Below are positions 17,291 to 26,419 of a stretch of DNA of 32,000 nucleotides, in pieces (positions within the stretch are counted from its first letter, which is position 1; each line of letters opens with the position of its first letter). Location of the stretch: NCBI GenBank assembly GCA_035542115.1, contig DATKMC010000069.1, forward strand, positions 20,240-52,239, read 5' to 3'. Origin of the DNA: Methanomicrobiales archaeon (GTDB taxonomy: Archaea; Halobacteriota; Methanomicrobia; Methanomicrobiales; JACTUA01). The position numbers and the translations under genes were made by a program. The notes under the pieces are model-generated. The model did no database searches. It saw nothing but the letters and a program-made list of their open reading frames with translations, and was not told the origin of the DNA.

Positions 17291-17328
17291 AGGACTCCTG
17301 TCGGCCCTCGGGGGGCAGCTGGGAGCCG

Positions 17329-18048
17329 TCACCGGATCGGGTATTTTCCCCGGGTGATGATGTCCGGGTCCACCTTCGCCGGCACGAGGGGCGGCGGGTC
17401 CCCCCACCTGACGATGACCTCGCCGAGAATAGCCACCACGGCGGTGATACCGGTCCCGCCGAGGCGCCGGAGGACCCGCTGGTCCTCCGGGCGGAGCTCG
17501 TTGCAGAGCGCGGTCGCCCAGGCATCGGCGGAGGCCACGTCCGGTGAAAAGACGGTGACCGCATCCGCGACCCCCAGGCTCACCGATGGTCCGACGGTGG
17601 CGGAGGAGGTGCAGATGCCCCGGATCCCCCCGCCCGGCGGGATGAGGAAGGCGAGCCGGTCCGAGAGGGGCGAGGTCCCTGCATGGACCCCGACCCGGAG
17701 CTCCCGGTCGGTGACGAGGGCGATGTCCCCCCCGTTGTCGATGACCCCGAACCTGGCGCCGGCCGCTGCCATGGCCTCGACCCCGGCCCAGGCGATGGTC
17801 CCCGCCACAGCCGCCATGGGGCCGACCCCGGCCCGGCGCGCGGCCGCCGCCATCCTCTGGACCACCTCCCCGCCGCCCTCCGGGAGGTAGGGATCATAGG
17901 TGATGGCAAAGAAGGGGTCCCGGGCGATATAAGCCTCGAGCTCCTGCCTCGCCGTCATCACCCCCCCCTTTGCCGCGGCGACATGGGAGGGATCGTCGGC
18001 GAGGATGGTGGCGATGGTCTCCCTGAACTGGAAATGCTCGCGGATCAT
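17329..18048 (-). CDS. UPF0280 family protein (ApbE-like fold)
   Basis: 239-aa ORF MIREHFQFRETIATI...GPMAAVAGTIA...IDNGGDIAL...ICTSSATVGPS, the pattern of the conserved archaeal UPF0280 family. Confidence 0.85.
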   Translation of the reverse strand: MIREHFQFRETIATILADDPSHVAAAKGGVMTARQELEAYIARDPFFAITYDPYLPEGGGEVVQRMAAAARRAGVGPMAAVAGTIAWAGVEAMAAAGARFGVIDNGGDIALVTDRELRVGVHAGTSPLSDRLAFLIPPGGGIRGICTSSATVGPSVSLGVADAVTVFSPDVASADAWATALCNELRPEDQRVLRRLGGTGITAVVAILGEVIVRWGDPPPLVPAKVDPDIITRGKYPIR

Positions 18049-18155
18049 CCGGCCTGCCTCGCCTCCTCATGAGGGTATCTTCCCCGGTTCGTATATGACT
18101 GATCCCCGGACCGAAGGCTTCTTGCACCTCCCCGCCATGAGGGAACCGGAGGACC

Positions 18156-20249
18156 ATGACCGGAGAGATCCCCAACCGGCTCATCGGCGAGAAGAGCCCC
18201 TACCTCCTGCAGCATGCTCTGAACCCCGTGGACTGGTACCCCTGGGGTGACGAGGCCTTCGAACGGGCGAGGGACGAGGATAGGCCGGTCTTCCTCTCCA
18301 TCGGGTACTCCACCTGCCACTGGTGCCACGTCATGGCACGGGAGTCCTTCGAGAACCCCCGGGTGGCAGCCCTCATGAACGAGTCCTTCGTGAATATCAA
18401 GGTGGACCGGGAGGAACGGCCGGACATCGACCTGGTGTACATGGAGGCTGCCTTCAGGCTCACCGGGTCGGGCGGCTGGCCCCTCACCATCGTCATGACC
18501 CCGGAGAAAAAGCCCTTTTTTGCCGCCACCTACATCCCGCCCGGGGGGAAGCCGGGGCAGACCGGGCTCTTTGATCTCATCCCCCGGATCCTGCACGTCT
18601 GGAGGGAGAGGCGGGACGAGGTCCTCGCGGCGGCCGAGGGCATGGCCGCCCTCCTCCGGCCGGGCCCCTCCGGGCCGGGCCTCGGGAGCAGGGAGGAGGC
18701 CTTCGAACGGGCCTTCGGGGAGCTCCGGTACCGGTTCGACCGGGAGCATGGCGGCTTCGGCAGGGCCCCGAAGTTCCCGTCCCCTCACACCCTCCTGTTC
18801 CTCCTCCGGTATTATCGCCGCACCTGCAAGGCGGAGGCCCGGTCCATGGCAGAACAGACCCTCAGGGCCATGCGGTACGGGGGTATCTACGATCATCTCG
18901 GATCCGGCTTCCACCGGTACTCCACTGACGCCGGGTGGCGCGTCCCGCACTTCGAGAAAATGCTCTACGATCAGGCGCTCCTTGCCCTTGCCTATACCGA
19001 GGCCTTCCAGCTGACCGGTGACCCTCTGTACCGGGAGACCGCCGAAGGGGTCCTCGGCTACCTGCTCAGGGACCTCCGTGGTGAGGAGGGGGCATTCCTT
19101 GCCGCCGAGGACGCGGAGAGCGGCGGGGTGGAGGGGGGCTTCTACCTCTGGACCGAAACGGATGTGCAGGCGGTACTTTCGGGCAGGGAGAGGGAGTCTT
19201 TCATCCGGCACTTCGGGATTCATCCCGGGGGAAATTACGAACCCACGGGAGAGCCCTCCTTCCCGGGACCGAACGTCCTCTTCCGGGCTTCATCGGAGGA
19301 GGATATGGCCCGGGAAATGGATATCCCCGTCGCGGAGGTGCGGGGCCTCCTCCGGTCGGCGATCGGGAAGATGCGGCATGCGCGGGAGAGGCGGCCTCGC
19401 CCGGCCCGGGACGGGAAGATCCTCACCGACTGGAATGGCCTCGCCATCGCAGCCTTCGCCCTGGCGGCCCGGGTGTTCCGCCGTGGCGAATACCTGGACG
19501 CGGCAGGGGCGGCCGCGGACTTCATCCTCGCCACCCTCGTGAAGCCCGACGGGCGGCTCCTCCACCGGTACCGGGACGGCGAGGCGGCTATCGACGGGAA
19601 CGCCGATGACCATGTTTTCCTCGCCTGGGGGCTCACGGAACTCTACCGGGCGGGCTTCGAGGTCAGGTATCTCGACCGGGCGATGGCGGTGACCGATACC
19701 CTCCTCGCCCATTTCCGGGACCGGAAGGAAGGGGGGTTCTTCTTCACCCCGGATGACGGGGAGGCCCTTATCGCGAGGATGAAGCCGGTCCAGGACGGCG
19801 CCATTCCATCCGCGAACTCCCTCGCCCTCGCCCTCCTCCTCAGGCTCTCGGCCCTCACCGGGAGGGGCGACTACTCCGATGCCGCCCGGGAGCTGGAGGC
19901 ATGGTTCCTCGGGGAGCACGGGGGGTCCCCGGCCGCCTCCACGGCCATGATGATCTCCCTGGAGATGGCAACCGGTCTTTCAACTGAGGTGGTCATCGTC
20001 GGGGATGCCGGGGGCGGGGATACCCGGGCACTCCTTTCAGTCCTCGACACCCGCGATGCACCTGGGATGACGGTTCTCCTCAGGCGGGTGGATGGGGACC
20101 CGGTCCTCGACGACCTCGCCCCCTTCACCCGGGAGTTTGCGGCCAAAGGAGGAAAGGCCACCGCATACGTATGCAGGGACCACGCCTGCCGGCTCCCGGT
20201 CACGGACCCGGAGGCACTCTCGGAGATCCTTGATACACCCCGGGAATGA
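18156..20249 (+). CDS. Thioredoxin-domain protein (DUF255 / YyaL-like, N-terminal Trx fold plus alpha/alpha-toroid domain)
   Basis: 697-aa ORF with [25 protein letters not shown] and the CHWCHVM motif. The length is typical of the family. Confidence 0.9.
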   Translation: MTGEIPNRLIGEKSPYLLQHALNPVDWYPWGDEAFERARDEDRPVFLSIGYSTCHWCHVMARESFENPRVAALMNESFVNIKVDREERPDIDLVYMEAAFRLTGSGGWPLTIVMTPEKKPFFAATYIPPGGKPGQTGLFDLIPRILHVWRERRDEVLAAAEGMAALLRPGPSGPGLGSREEAFERAFGELRYRFDREHGGFGRAPKFPSPHTLLFLLRYYRRTCKAEARSMAEQTLRAMRYGGIYDHLGSGFHRYSTDAGWRVPHFEKMLYDQALLALAYTEAFQLTGDPLYRETAEGVLGYLLRDLRGEEGAFLAAEDAESGGVEGGFYLWTETDVQAVLSGRERESFIRHFGIHPGGNYEPTGEPSFPGPNVLFRASSEEDMAREMDIPVAEVRGLLRSAIGKMRHARERRPRPARDGKILTDWNGLAIAAFALAARVFRRGEYLDAAGAAADFILATLVKPDGRLLHRYRDGEAAIDGNADDHVFLAWGLTELYRAGFEVRYLDRAMAVTDTLLAHFRDRKEGGFFFTPDDGEALIARMKPVQDGAIPSANSLALALLLRLSALTGRGDYSDAARELEAWFLGEHGGSPAASTAMMISLEMATGLSTEVVIVGDAGGGDTRALLSVLDTRDAPGMTVLLRRVDGDPVLDDLAPFTREFAAKGGKATAYVCRDHACRLPVTDPEALSEILDTPRE

Positions 20250-20351
20250 GCTTCACTGGAAAACGAATAAGAGATGGAGAGGCCGGGCCGGAACACTATT
20301 TATGACATCAGGGTCAACTCACCTTGATCGGGGCCGAAAGGTGCGTGCCGG

Positions 20352-22403
20352 ATGACGAAGAGGCTGCTTACCGAACCAGAGGCATACGGGCTGCTCCGGC
20401 GCTCGGGGATACCGGTGCCCGCCTATGAGGTTGCGAGGGACGACGAGGATGCGGTCCGGATCGCGGGGGAGATCGGCTTTCCGGTGGTTCTGAAGATCGT
20501 CTCCCCGGACATCGTCCATAAGAGCGACATCGGTGGAGTGGTCTGGGGAGTCCATGATGCCGCGGAGGCCCGCTCTGCGTACCGGGAGATCCTCTCCCGG
20601 GTGAAGGCCCGGGTGCCGGGTGCTGCCATCGAGGGGGTCATCGTCGAGCAGGAACTCCCCCCCGGTCTCGAAGTCCTCGTTGGCGGGAAGACCGATCCCA
20701 CCTTCGGGAAGGTCATCAGCTTCGGCCTCGGCGGGACCCTGGTCGAGGTCCTCCGGGATGTCGCTCTCCGGCTCCTCCCCCTCGGCAGGGAGGAGGCCCG
20801 GGATATGGTCAGGGAGATCCGGGGGTGGCGGCTCATCGCCGGGTACCGGGGCGAGCCCCCGAAGGACGAGGAGGCCCTCCTCGACCTCATCCTCGCCGCC
20901 GTGAGGATGTTCGGTCAGGAGGACATCTCCGAGTTTGACCTCAACCCCGTGATCCTGCACGAGAAGGGAGCCTGCGCCGTGGATGCCCGGATGTACCGGG
21001 GTGGGGAGGCCCCGGCAGGCCTGCGGAAGATCCACTGCGCCCTGGCCCCCGAGATCTTCTCCCCGGAGTCCATTGCCGTAGTGGGCGCCTCCGGCGACCC
21101 GGCGAAGGTGGGCTATGCCGTCTTCAGGAACCTCCTCCCCTTCCCCGGGAAGCTCTACGCGGTGAACCCGAACCGGTCAGAGGTACAGGGAAGGAGGACC
21201 TGGCCCTCCCTTGGCGCCCTCCCTGAACCGGTTCATCTCGCGGTCATAGCGGTGCCGGCCCGGCTCGTCCCCGGTATTATCGAGGAGGCAGGGAAGGCCG
21301 GGACAAAGGCGGCCATCATCCTCTCGGGAGGTTTTGGCGAAACCGGCGAGGCGGGGAAGGTCCTCGAGCTGGAGGTGCTCGAGATCGCCCGGAGATACTC
21401 GCTGCGCATCCTCGGGCCGAACTGCCTCGGGATCATGCTCCCCCACAAGGGGGTAAACACCACCTTCGGGCCCATCACCCCGAGGCCCGGCCGGGTCGCC
21501 TTCATCTCCCAGAGCGGGGCCGTCATTGCGACCATGGTGGACTGGTCCGTTCCGGAGGAGTTCGGGTTCTCGGCGGTGATCAGCGTCGGGAACCAGGCAG
21601 ACCTCGGGTTCGAGGACTTCCTCTTCTACCTCGGGCAGGACCCTGAGACCCGGGCCATCGTCATGTACATCGAGGAGGTGAAGGACGGGCCGGCCTTCCT
21701 CGAGGCCGTGGAGCGGGTCTTTGCAAAGGTCCCGGTCATCGCGATAAAGAGCGGTCTTTCTGCGAAGGGGAAGGCCGCTGCCTCCTCCCACACCGGGGCC
21801 CTCGCGGGGAGCCACGAAGTGTACATGGCGGCCTTCCGGAAGGCGGGGATCACGGCGACCCAGTCCCTGCGCGAGGCCTTCCTCCTCGCCGAGCTCCTGG
21901 CCTCTGAGGGTTACCCCGCGGGCAGGCGGGGCATTGTCATCACGAACGCCGGTGGTTTCGCGGTCTTTGCCTCCGACTACGCCGATCTCTATGGGATCAA
22001 TCTCGTCGACCTCCACCCCGAGACCCTCGCGGCGCTCTCGGCCTTCCTCCCTCCCAACTGGAGCCATGGGAATCCCCTGGATCTCGTCGGGGACTCGGGA
22101 GTCGAGCAGTATGCCCGGGTCTTCGACTTCCTCATCAAGCACCAGGAGTTCTGGGACATCGCCTTCATCGTTTCGGTGCCCGACGCGGTCCTCGATCCAA
22201 CCCAGCTCGCCCAGGAGGTTGTCCGCTTTTCCCGGAACACGAAGAAGATGGTGGTCGGTTGCTTCCTAGGGGGCGCCTCGGTCGCGAGCAGTGTACAGAT
22301 CCTCCGGGCCCACCATATCCCGAACTTTGCCGACCTCGAGGATGCCTTCCGGGTCGTCGGCAGGGCCTGCAGCGTGAAGAGGCCGGGGACCCCCCCGGCC
22401 TGA
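20352..22403 (+). CDS. ADP-forming acetyl-CoA synthetase / acyl-CoA synthetase (NDP-forming), fused beta-alpha
   Basis: 683-aa ORF. The N-terminus is an ATP-grasp beta-like domain (EPEAYGLLRRSGIPVP...VVLKIVSPDIVHKSDIGGV). It is followed by the CoA-binding alpha part (SIAVVGAS...GPNCLGI...SQSGA...SSHTGALAG, the phospho-His loop). Confidence 0.9.
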   Translation: MTKRLLTEPEAYGLLRRSGIPVPAYEVARDDEDAVRIAGEIGFPVVLKIVSPDIVHKSDIGGVVWGVHDAAEARSAYREILSRVKARVPGAAIEGVIVEQELPPGLEVLVGGKTDPTFGKVISFGLGGTLVEVLRDVALRLLPLGREEARDMVREIRGWRLIAGYRGEPPKDEEALLDLILAAVRMFGQEDISEFDLNPVILHEKGACAVDARMYRGGEAPAGLRKIHCALAPEIFSPESIAVVGASGDPAKVGYAVFRNLLPFPGKLYAVNPNRSEVQGRRTWPSLGALPEPVHLAVIAVPARLVPGIIEEAGKAGTKAAIILSGGFGETGEAGKVLELEVLEIARRYSLRILGPNCLGIMLPHKGVNTTFGPITPRPGRVAFISQSGAVIATMVDWSVPEEFGFSAVISVGNQADLGFEDFLFYLGQDPETRAIVMYIEEVKDGPAFLEAVERVFAKVPVIAIKSGLSAKGKAAASSHTGALAGSHEVYMAAFRKAGITATQSLREAFLLAELLASEGYPAGRRGIVITNAGGFAVFASDYADLYGINLVDLHPETLAALSAFLPPNWSHGNPLDLVGDSGVEQYARVFDFLIKHQEFWDIAFIVSVPDAVLDPTQLAQEVVRFSRNTKKMVVGCFLGGASVASSVQILRAHHIPNFADLEDAFRVVGRACSVKRPGTPPA

Positions 22404-22480
22404 TACTACTGCCCGCGGAAAGTATTCAAACGGCCCCGGGCGAGAATATACGGAAGACCACTCCAACCCGGTGAGCCGCC

Positions 22481-23095
22481 ATGAAGATCCTCCTCCTCGA
22501 GCGGGAAGGCACCGACCTGTACTCCACCCTCTACGACTCCGAGACGAGCCGGGCCATGCTCAGGTTCTACCATCCCGTTCGCCACCCGGCCGGCGTGGAG
22601 ATCACCACCGCCTCACTGGGGAGCGCCCTCTCCCTCGCCTCGGAGCTCCGGTGGTACATCCAGCGGTACGTGGACGAGGTCCTCCTCACCGACGACGGGA
22701 CGGTCTACCTGACCTGGTCGCTCGCCGCCATGGTCTACGAACGGGGTATCACCCTCTCGGAGCCCTGGCCCCACCGGTTCCGTTACCGGATCCATAAGGG
22801 GAAGGTATACCGTTCCCCCTGGGACCTGGCGGCCTTCGGCGCTTCACCTGCGCCGGAGAACAAGGGGCCCGAAACCCCGCCGAACACCCTGCCACTTCCT
22901 GCCCCCGGCTCACCGGCGGACCAGGTCCTCGAGGTCTGGAGCACCGCCGAAGAGTATGCTGATCCAGAACGGGGAGAACCGGTGGGACCAGAGGAGTTTA
23001 CAGAACCGGAAGGGCCGGCCGGGGCTGGAGAACCGGAAGGGCCGGTGGTACCCCGGGGGCCTGTCGGGCCGGACAACCCCCGGGAGAGACTCTGA
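22481..23095 (+). CDS. Hypothetical protein (about 120-aa globular N-domain plus Pro/Glu/Gly-rich tail)
   Basis: 204-aa ORF with an ATG start. A TATA-like GAGAATATAC lies about 30 nt upstream (22441-22452). I recognise no family. The tail contains a 16-bp direct DNA repeat, gaaccggaagggccgg, at 23004-23019 and 23030-23045. Confidence 0.6.
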   Translation: MKILLLEREGTDLYSTLYDSETSRAMLRFYHPVRHPAGVEITTASLGSALSLASELRWYIQRYVDEVLLTDDGTVYLTWSLAAMVYERGITLSEPWPHRFRYRIHKGKVYRSPWDLAAFGASPAPENKGPETPPNTLPLPAPGSPADQVLEVWSTAEEYADPERGEPVGPEEFTEPEGPAGAGEPEGPVVPRGPVGPDNPRERL

Positions 23096-23158
23096 ATCCA
23101 TCCTGAATCCGGAAGCCGGCCCTCACACACTTATATCCCTCCCGCCTAATCATCTGTC

Positions 23159-23902
23159 ATGGCAAGGAAGATCGCGACCATCGGGATCACCATCAACCTC
23201 GAGAACTACGAGAACCTCCGGCTGGAGGTGCAGGGGGAGATCGGGGCTGAGGGGGATACCGAAGAACTCATCGCCTTCCTCGACGGGATGCTCGCGCGGC
23301 TCGGCCACGGGGACGAGGCCACCGCGGAGCTCGTGGACGCCTACCGCCGCAGGGTCATCGTCCCGCCGGGGACCGGGGCAGCCTCCACGGCAGCCGCCAG
23401 GCCGGTCCCGGCCCGGAGGGGTGGGGAGGCGGCTCCTGCGCCGCCGGTGCAGCCTGCACAACCCGCGGCAGCCCCGGCCCCCCGCCCCGCCGCCACCGGG
23501 CCAGCACCGGAGGCGGCGCCGAAGCCCCGGGAGGCACGCCAGCAGGCAGAACCCCCCGGGGGGGAGCCCGTCCCCCGGGAGGAGAAGCCCGCCACGGTCC
23601 GGGTGAGCCCCGAAGGAAAGGCGGTGAAACCTGCGGCACGGCCGGCTGCCCGGCCCGAGGTGGCGGCTCCCCCGGCGCAGGTGCAGGAACCCGTGCGCCG
23701 GAAGGTCCCGGCACCGCAGGCCCCCCGGGAGACCCCGCGGGAGCCCGCTGCAGGCGAGCAGGCGCCTGCGGCCGGGAGGCCGAAGCTCGCCGAAGGCGAG
23801 GTGGCCTGCGAGGGCTGCGGCGCCGGCATCACGAAGAACCAGGAGAAGCTCTCGAAGCTCCTCACGGGGAAGAGCCTCTGCAAGCGGTGCATGAACCCCT
23901 GA
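23159..23902 (+). CDS. Hypothetical protein: about 65-aa N-domain, about 140-aa Pro/Ala-rich linker, C-terminal CxxC...CxxC zinc ribbon
   Basis: 247-aa ORF with an ATG start. A TATA-like CACTTATATCC at about 23128-23138 lies about 25 nt upstream. The C-terminus reads ACEGCGAGITKNQEKLSKLLTGKSLCKRCMNP. Confidence 0.65.
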   Translation: MARKIATIGITINLENYENLRLEVQGEIGAEGDTEELIAFLDGMLARLGHGDEATAELVDAYRRRVIVPPGTGAASTAAARPVPARRGGEAAPAPPVQPAQPAAAPAPRPAATGPAPEAAPKPREARQQAEPPGGEPVPREEKPATVRVSPEGKAVKPAARPAARPEVAAPPAQVQEPVRRKVPAPQAPRETPREPAAGEQAPAAGRPKLAEGEVACEGCGAGITKNQEKLSKLLTGKSLCKRCMNP

Positions 23903-23941
23903 GGTCGCACCAGGCTTTCGGCCTGTTGCTCCTCCCTCGGG
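23903..23941. repeat. GC-rich hairpin repeat unit, copy 1 (upstream of cdc6)
   Basis: ggtcgcaccaggctttcggcctgttgctcctccctcggg is 35/39 identical to copy 2 and contains the hairpin CAGGC-N5-GCCTG. Confidence 0.75.
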
Positions 23942-24011
23942 CCCGTGCCCTTCGGGAGGTCCCATCGGGGCCGCACCCCGGCGGTCATGCCTCGGGCTTC
24001 CGCCCTCCGGT

Positions 24012-24050
24012 GGTCGCACCAGGCCCTCGGCCTGTCGCTCCTCGCTCGGG
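24012..24050. repeat. GC-rich hairpin repeat unit, copy 2 (upstream of cdc6)
   Basis: ggtcgcaccaggccctcggcctgtcgctcctcgctcggg lies 109 bp downstream of copy 1 and contains the hairpin CAGGCC-CTC-GGCCTG. Confidence 0.75.
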
Positions 24051-24149
24051 GCTATCGCCCCTTCGCGTTCGCCAACGGGGCTTTGCCCCGTCGGCTCTCC
24101 GCCAGGATTTCCTCCTGGCGGTTCACCTCCGCACCGCGCATGGCCGGGG

Positions 24150-24157
24150 TTTAAATA
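24150..24157 (+). promoter_or_regulatory. TATA box (TTTAAATA) of orc1/cdc6, implying a leaderless or near-leaderless mRNA
   Basis: Exact match to the archaeal TTTAWATA consensus. It ends 24 nt before ATG 24182, and no Shine-Dalgarno sequence lies between them. Confidence 0.6.
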
Positions 24158-24181
24158 GAACCCGATCCAGTCTCTAGTGGG

Positions 24182-25312
24182 ATGAAGAAGAGCCTCCTCA
24201 TGTGGGACGAATCCCTCTTCCGGGAACCGGAGGTCTTCGAGCTGGACTATGTCCCCGACCAGTTCCAGCACCGGGAGGACCAGATGAAGGAGCTCGCCTT
24301 CCAGGTACGGCCGGGAATCAAGGGGGCCCGGCCCCTGAACACCGTCTGCCGGGGGCTCCCCGGGACTGGGAAGACCACCTCGGTGCGGAAGCTCTTCGCC
24401 GAGATCGAGGACACCACGAAGAAGCTCGTCCCCGTGTACGTGAACTGCCAGATCGACAACACGAAGTTCGCCATCTTCTCGCAGATCTACCGGAAGCTTG
24501 CCGGCCACCTGCCCCCGGCCTCGGGCACCTCCTTCAAGCAGGTCTTCGATGCCATCGCCCGGATCATGCTCAAGGAGGACATCGTTCTCCTCGTCTGCCT
24601 CGACGATGCCAACTACCTCCTCTACGAGAACGAGATGAACAAGGTCCTCTACACCCTCCTCAGGTCCCACGAGGCGTACCCGGGCACCCGGATCGGCGTG
24701 ATCCTCATCATCTCTGACATGACCGTGGACCTCGTGCAGGCCGTGGACGCCCGGGTCGCCTCGGTCTTCCGGCCCACCGAGGTCTACTTCCCGCCGTACG
24801 GGGAGGAGGAGGTGGCGGGCATCCTCCGGGACCGGGTGAACCAGGGCCTCTACCCGAACGTCCTCCCCGAGCCCATGTTCCGGCTCGTGGTGGAACAGAC
24901 CATGAAGAGCGGCGACCTCCGGGTGGGCATCGACCTCCTGAAGAGGGCGGCCCTCTCCGCCGAGAAGGCGGCCCGCCGGACCATCGAGCGGGACGACATC
25001 TGCCGTGCGTACGAGGTCTCCCGGTACCTTCACCTCGCGTTTACCGTTAAGACCCTGAAGGACGAGGAGAAGGAGCTCCTCTGGAAGGTGGCCGAGCTCT
25101 CGAGCGGCGAGAAGGAGATGAACGCCGGCGAGGTGTACAAGGCCCTGAAGGAGAAGGAGTCCCTCGGCTACACCCGGTTCTACGAGATGGTGAAGAAGCT
25201 CGATGCCATGCGCCTCGTGAACCTCTCGTACCGCGACGGGAGGGGGCGCACCCGGCTCATCAGCCTCCGCTACGATCCCGGCCGGGTCCTCGAGTACCTC
25301 GGGAAGCCCTGA
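24182..25312 (+). CDS. cdc6: Orc1/Cdc6 replication initiator (AAA+ plus C-terminal winged helix)
   Basis: 376-aa ORF with Walker A GLPGTGKTT, Walker B LVCLDDANYL and the N-terminal signature LDYVPDQFQHREDQMKEL. Confidence 0.95.
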   Translation: MKKSLLMWDESLFREPEVFELDYVPDQFQHREDQMKELAFQVRPGIKGARPLNTVCRGLPGTGKTTSVRKLFAEIEDTTKKLVPVYVNCQIDNTKFAIFSQIYRKLAGHLPPASGTSFKQVFDAIARIMLKEDIVLLVCLDDANYLLYENEMNKVLYTLLRSHEAYPGTRIGVILIISDMTVDLVQAVDARVASVFRPTEVYFPPYGEEEVAGILRDRVNQGLYPNVLPEPMFRLVVEQTMKSGDLRVGIDLLKRAALSAEKAARRTIERDDICRAYEVSRYLHLAFTVKTLKDEEKELLWKVAELSSGEKEMNAGEVYKALKEKESLGYTRFYEMVKKLDAMRLVNLSYRDGRGRTRLISLRYDPGRVLEYLGKP

Positions 25313-25383
25313 GAGCAGTTTAACAATGCTTATCATATCCTCGACCCTCACTCTTTTCATCATCTCAACCGGGGGAAATTGCA

Positions 25384-26331
25384 GTGCTCAGCGTCAATGA
25401 ACTTGCCTTCGATCTCTTCAACGAGCTGGCGGAATATCCCGAGGATTTCAACGCGGCCTTCCACCAGCTGGACAACGGTGCCCGGATCGTGGACTGCGGC
25501 GTCTCGACCCGGGGGGGCTACCAGGCGGGCCGGATCTTCACCGAGATCTGCATGGGTGGCCTAGGGGAGGTCGGATTCAGGATGGGGCAGATCAAGGGGG
25601 TGCCCCTTCCCTTCATTGAGGTGGCCACCGACTTCCCGTCCATCGCCTGCCTCGGGGCCCAGAAGGCGGGCTGGACGGTCAAGGTGGGGAACTACTCGGC
25701 CATGGGGAGCGGCCCGGCGAGGGCCCTCTCCCTGAAGCCGAAGCATACCTACGAGGTCATCGACTACGAGGATGACTGCGAGGACGCGGTCATTTGCCTG
25801 GAGAGCGACCATCTCCCCAACGGCGCGGTCCTCGAGAAGATCGCCTCCGAGTGCAATGTCGACGCGGCCAACACCTGCGCGGTGGTGGCGCCCACCGCCT
25901 CCATCGTGGGGTCCATCCAGGTGGCGGGCCGGTGCGTCGAGACGGCGGTTTACAAGCTGAACGAGCTCGGCTTTGACACCCGGACCATCGCCTCGGCCAT
26001 CGGTACGGCGCCCATATCTCCCGTGAAAAAGGATGCCCTGAAGGCCATGGGCACGACGAACGATGCGACCATCTACCATGGCTCCATCTACCTCTCCGTG
26101 AAGAACCCGAAGATCAAGGAGTACCTCGATAAGATCCCGAGCAACAAGTCCAAGGGGTACGGGAAGCCCTTCTTCGAGATCTTCAAGGAGGCCAAGTTCG
26201 ACTTCTACCAGATCGACACCTCCCTCTTTTCGCCCGCTGAGGTCGTGATCAACGAGCTCACCGAAGGGGTCGTGTACCATGTCGGCGCCGTGAACCCCGA
26301 CGTGACCCTGAGGTCCTTCGGGTTCTCCTAG
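25384..26331 (+). CDS. mch: Methenyltetrahydromethanopterin cyclohydrolase
   Basis: 315-aa ORF with a GTG start and a GGGGGA tract 7 nt upstream. It begins (M)LSVNELAFDLF..., typical of the Mch N-terminus, and the length is as expected. Confidence 0.95.
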   Translation: MLSVNELAFDLFNELAEYPEDFNAAFHQLDNGARIVDCGVSTRGGYQAGRIFTEICMGGLGEVGFRMGQIKGVPLPFIEVATDFPSIACLGAQKAGWTVKVGNYSAMGSGPARALSLKPKHTYEVIDYEDDCEDAVICLESDHLPNGAVLEKIASECNVDAANTCAVVAPTASIVGSIQVAGRCVETAVYKLNELGFDTRTIASAIGTAPISPVKKDALKAMGTTNDATIYHGSIYLSVKNPKIKEYLDKIPSNKSKGYGKPFFEIFKEAKFDFYQIDTSLFSPAEVVINELTEGVVYHVGAVNPDVTLRSFGFS

Positions 26332-26357
26332 AACATGAAGAGTGACTCCGACGTGAG

Positions 26358-26372
26358 TCACTCCTTCGGGTT
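26358..26372. repeat. 15-bp direct repeat tcactccttcgggtt, copy 1
   Basis: Perfect copy of 26405-26419. It overlaps the 8-bp inverted repeat agtgactc (26341-26348) / gagtcact (26355-26362). Confidence 0.7.
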
Positions 26373-26404
26373 TCGGTGAAACCGGGAGGGTGATGACGAA
26401 GTTA

Positions 26405-26419
26405 TCACTCCTTCGGGTT
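26405..26419. repeat. 15-bp direct repeat tcactccttcgggtt, copy 2
   Basis: Perfect copy of 26358-26372, 47 bp downstream, in the mch to tRNA-Val spacer. Confidence 0.7.

Noticed and set aside
23340-23790. Highly repetitive-looking Pro/Ala-rich DNA that might be a tandem repeat or a degenerate array.
   Set aside because: It has no regular period and no repeat-spacer structure. It is in frame within the 247-aa ORF and is best explained as a low-complexity protein linker, not a CRISPR array or a satellite.
23150-25363. 737-aa minus-strand ORF, the longest in the window, spanning the Zn-ribbon gene, the repeat spacer and cdc6 in antisense.
   Set aside because: Its composition is Gly/Arg/Pro/Leu-rich and low in complexity. 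It runs straight across a TATA box and an intergenic repeat region. The opposite strand encodes an unmistakable Orc1/Cdc6.
26390-26396. GTGATGA, a C-box-like heptamer that could mark a C/D-box sRNA in the mch to tRNA-Val spacer.
   Set aside because: There is no CTGA D-box (or D' box) within the following about 75 nt on that strand, and no terminal stem. The match is insufficient for a C/D sRNA call.
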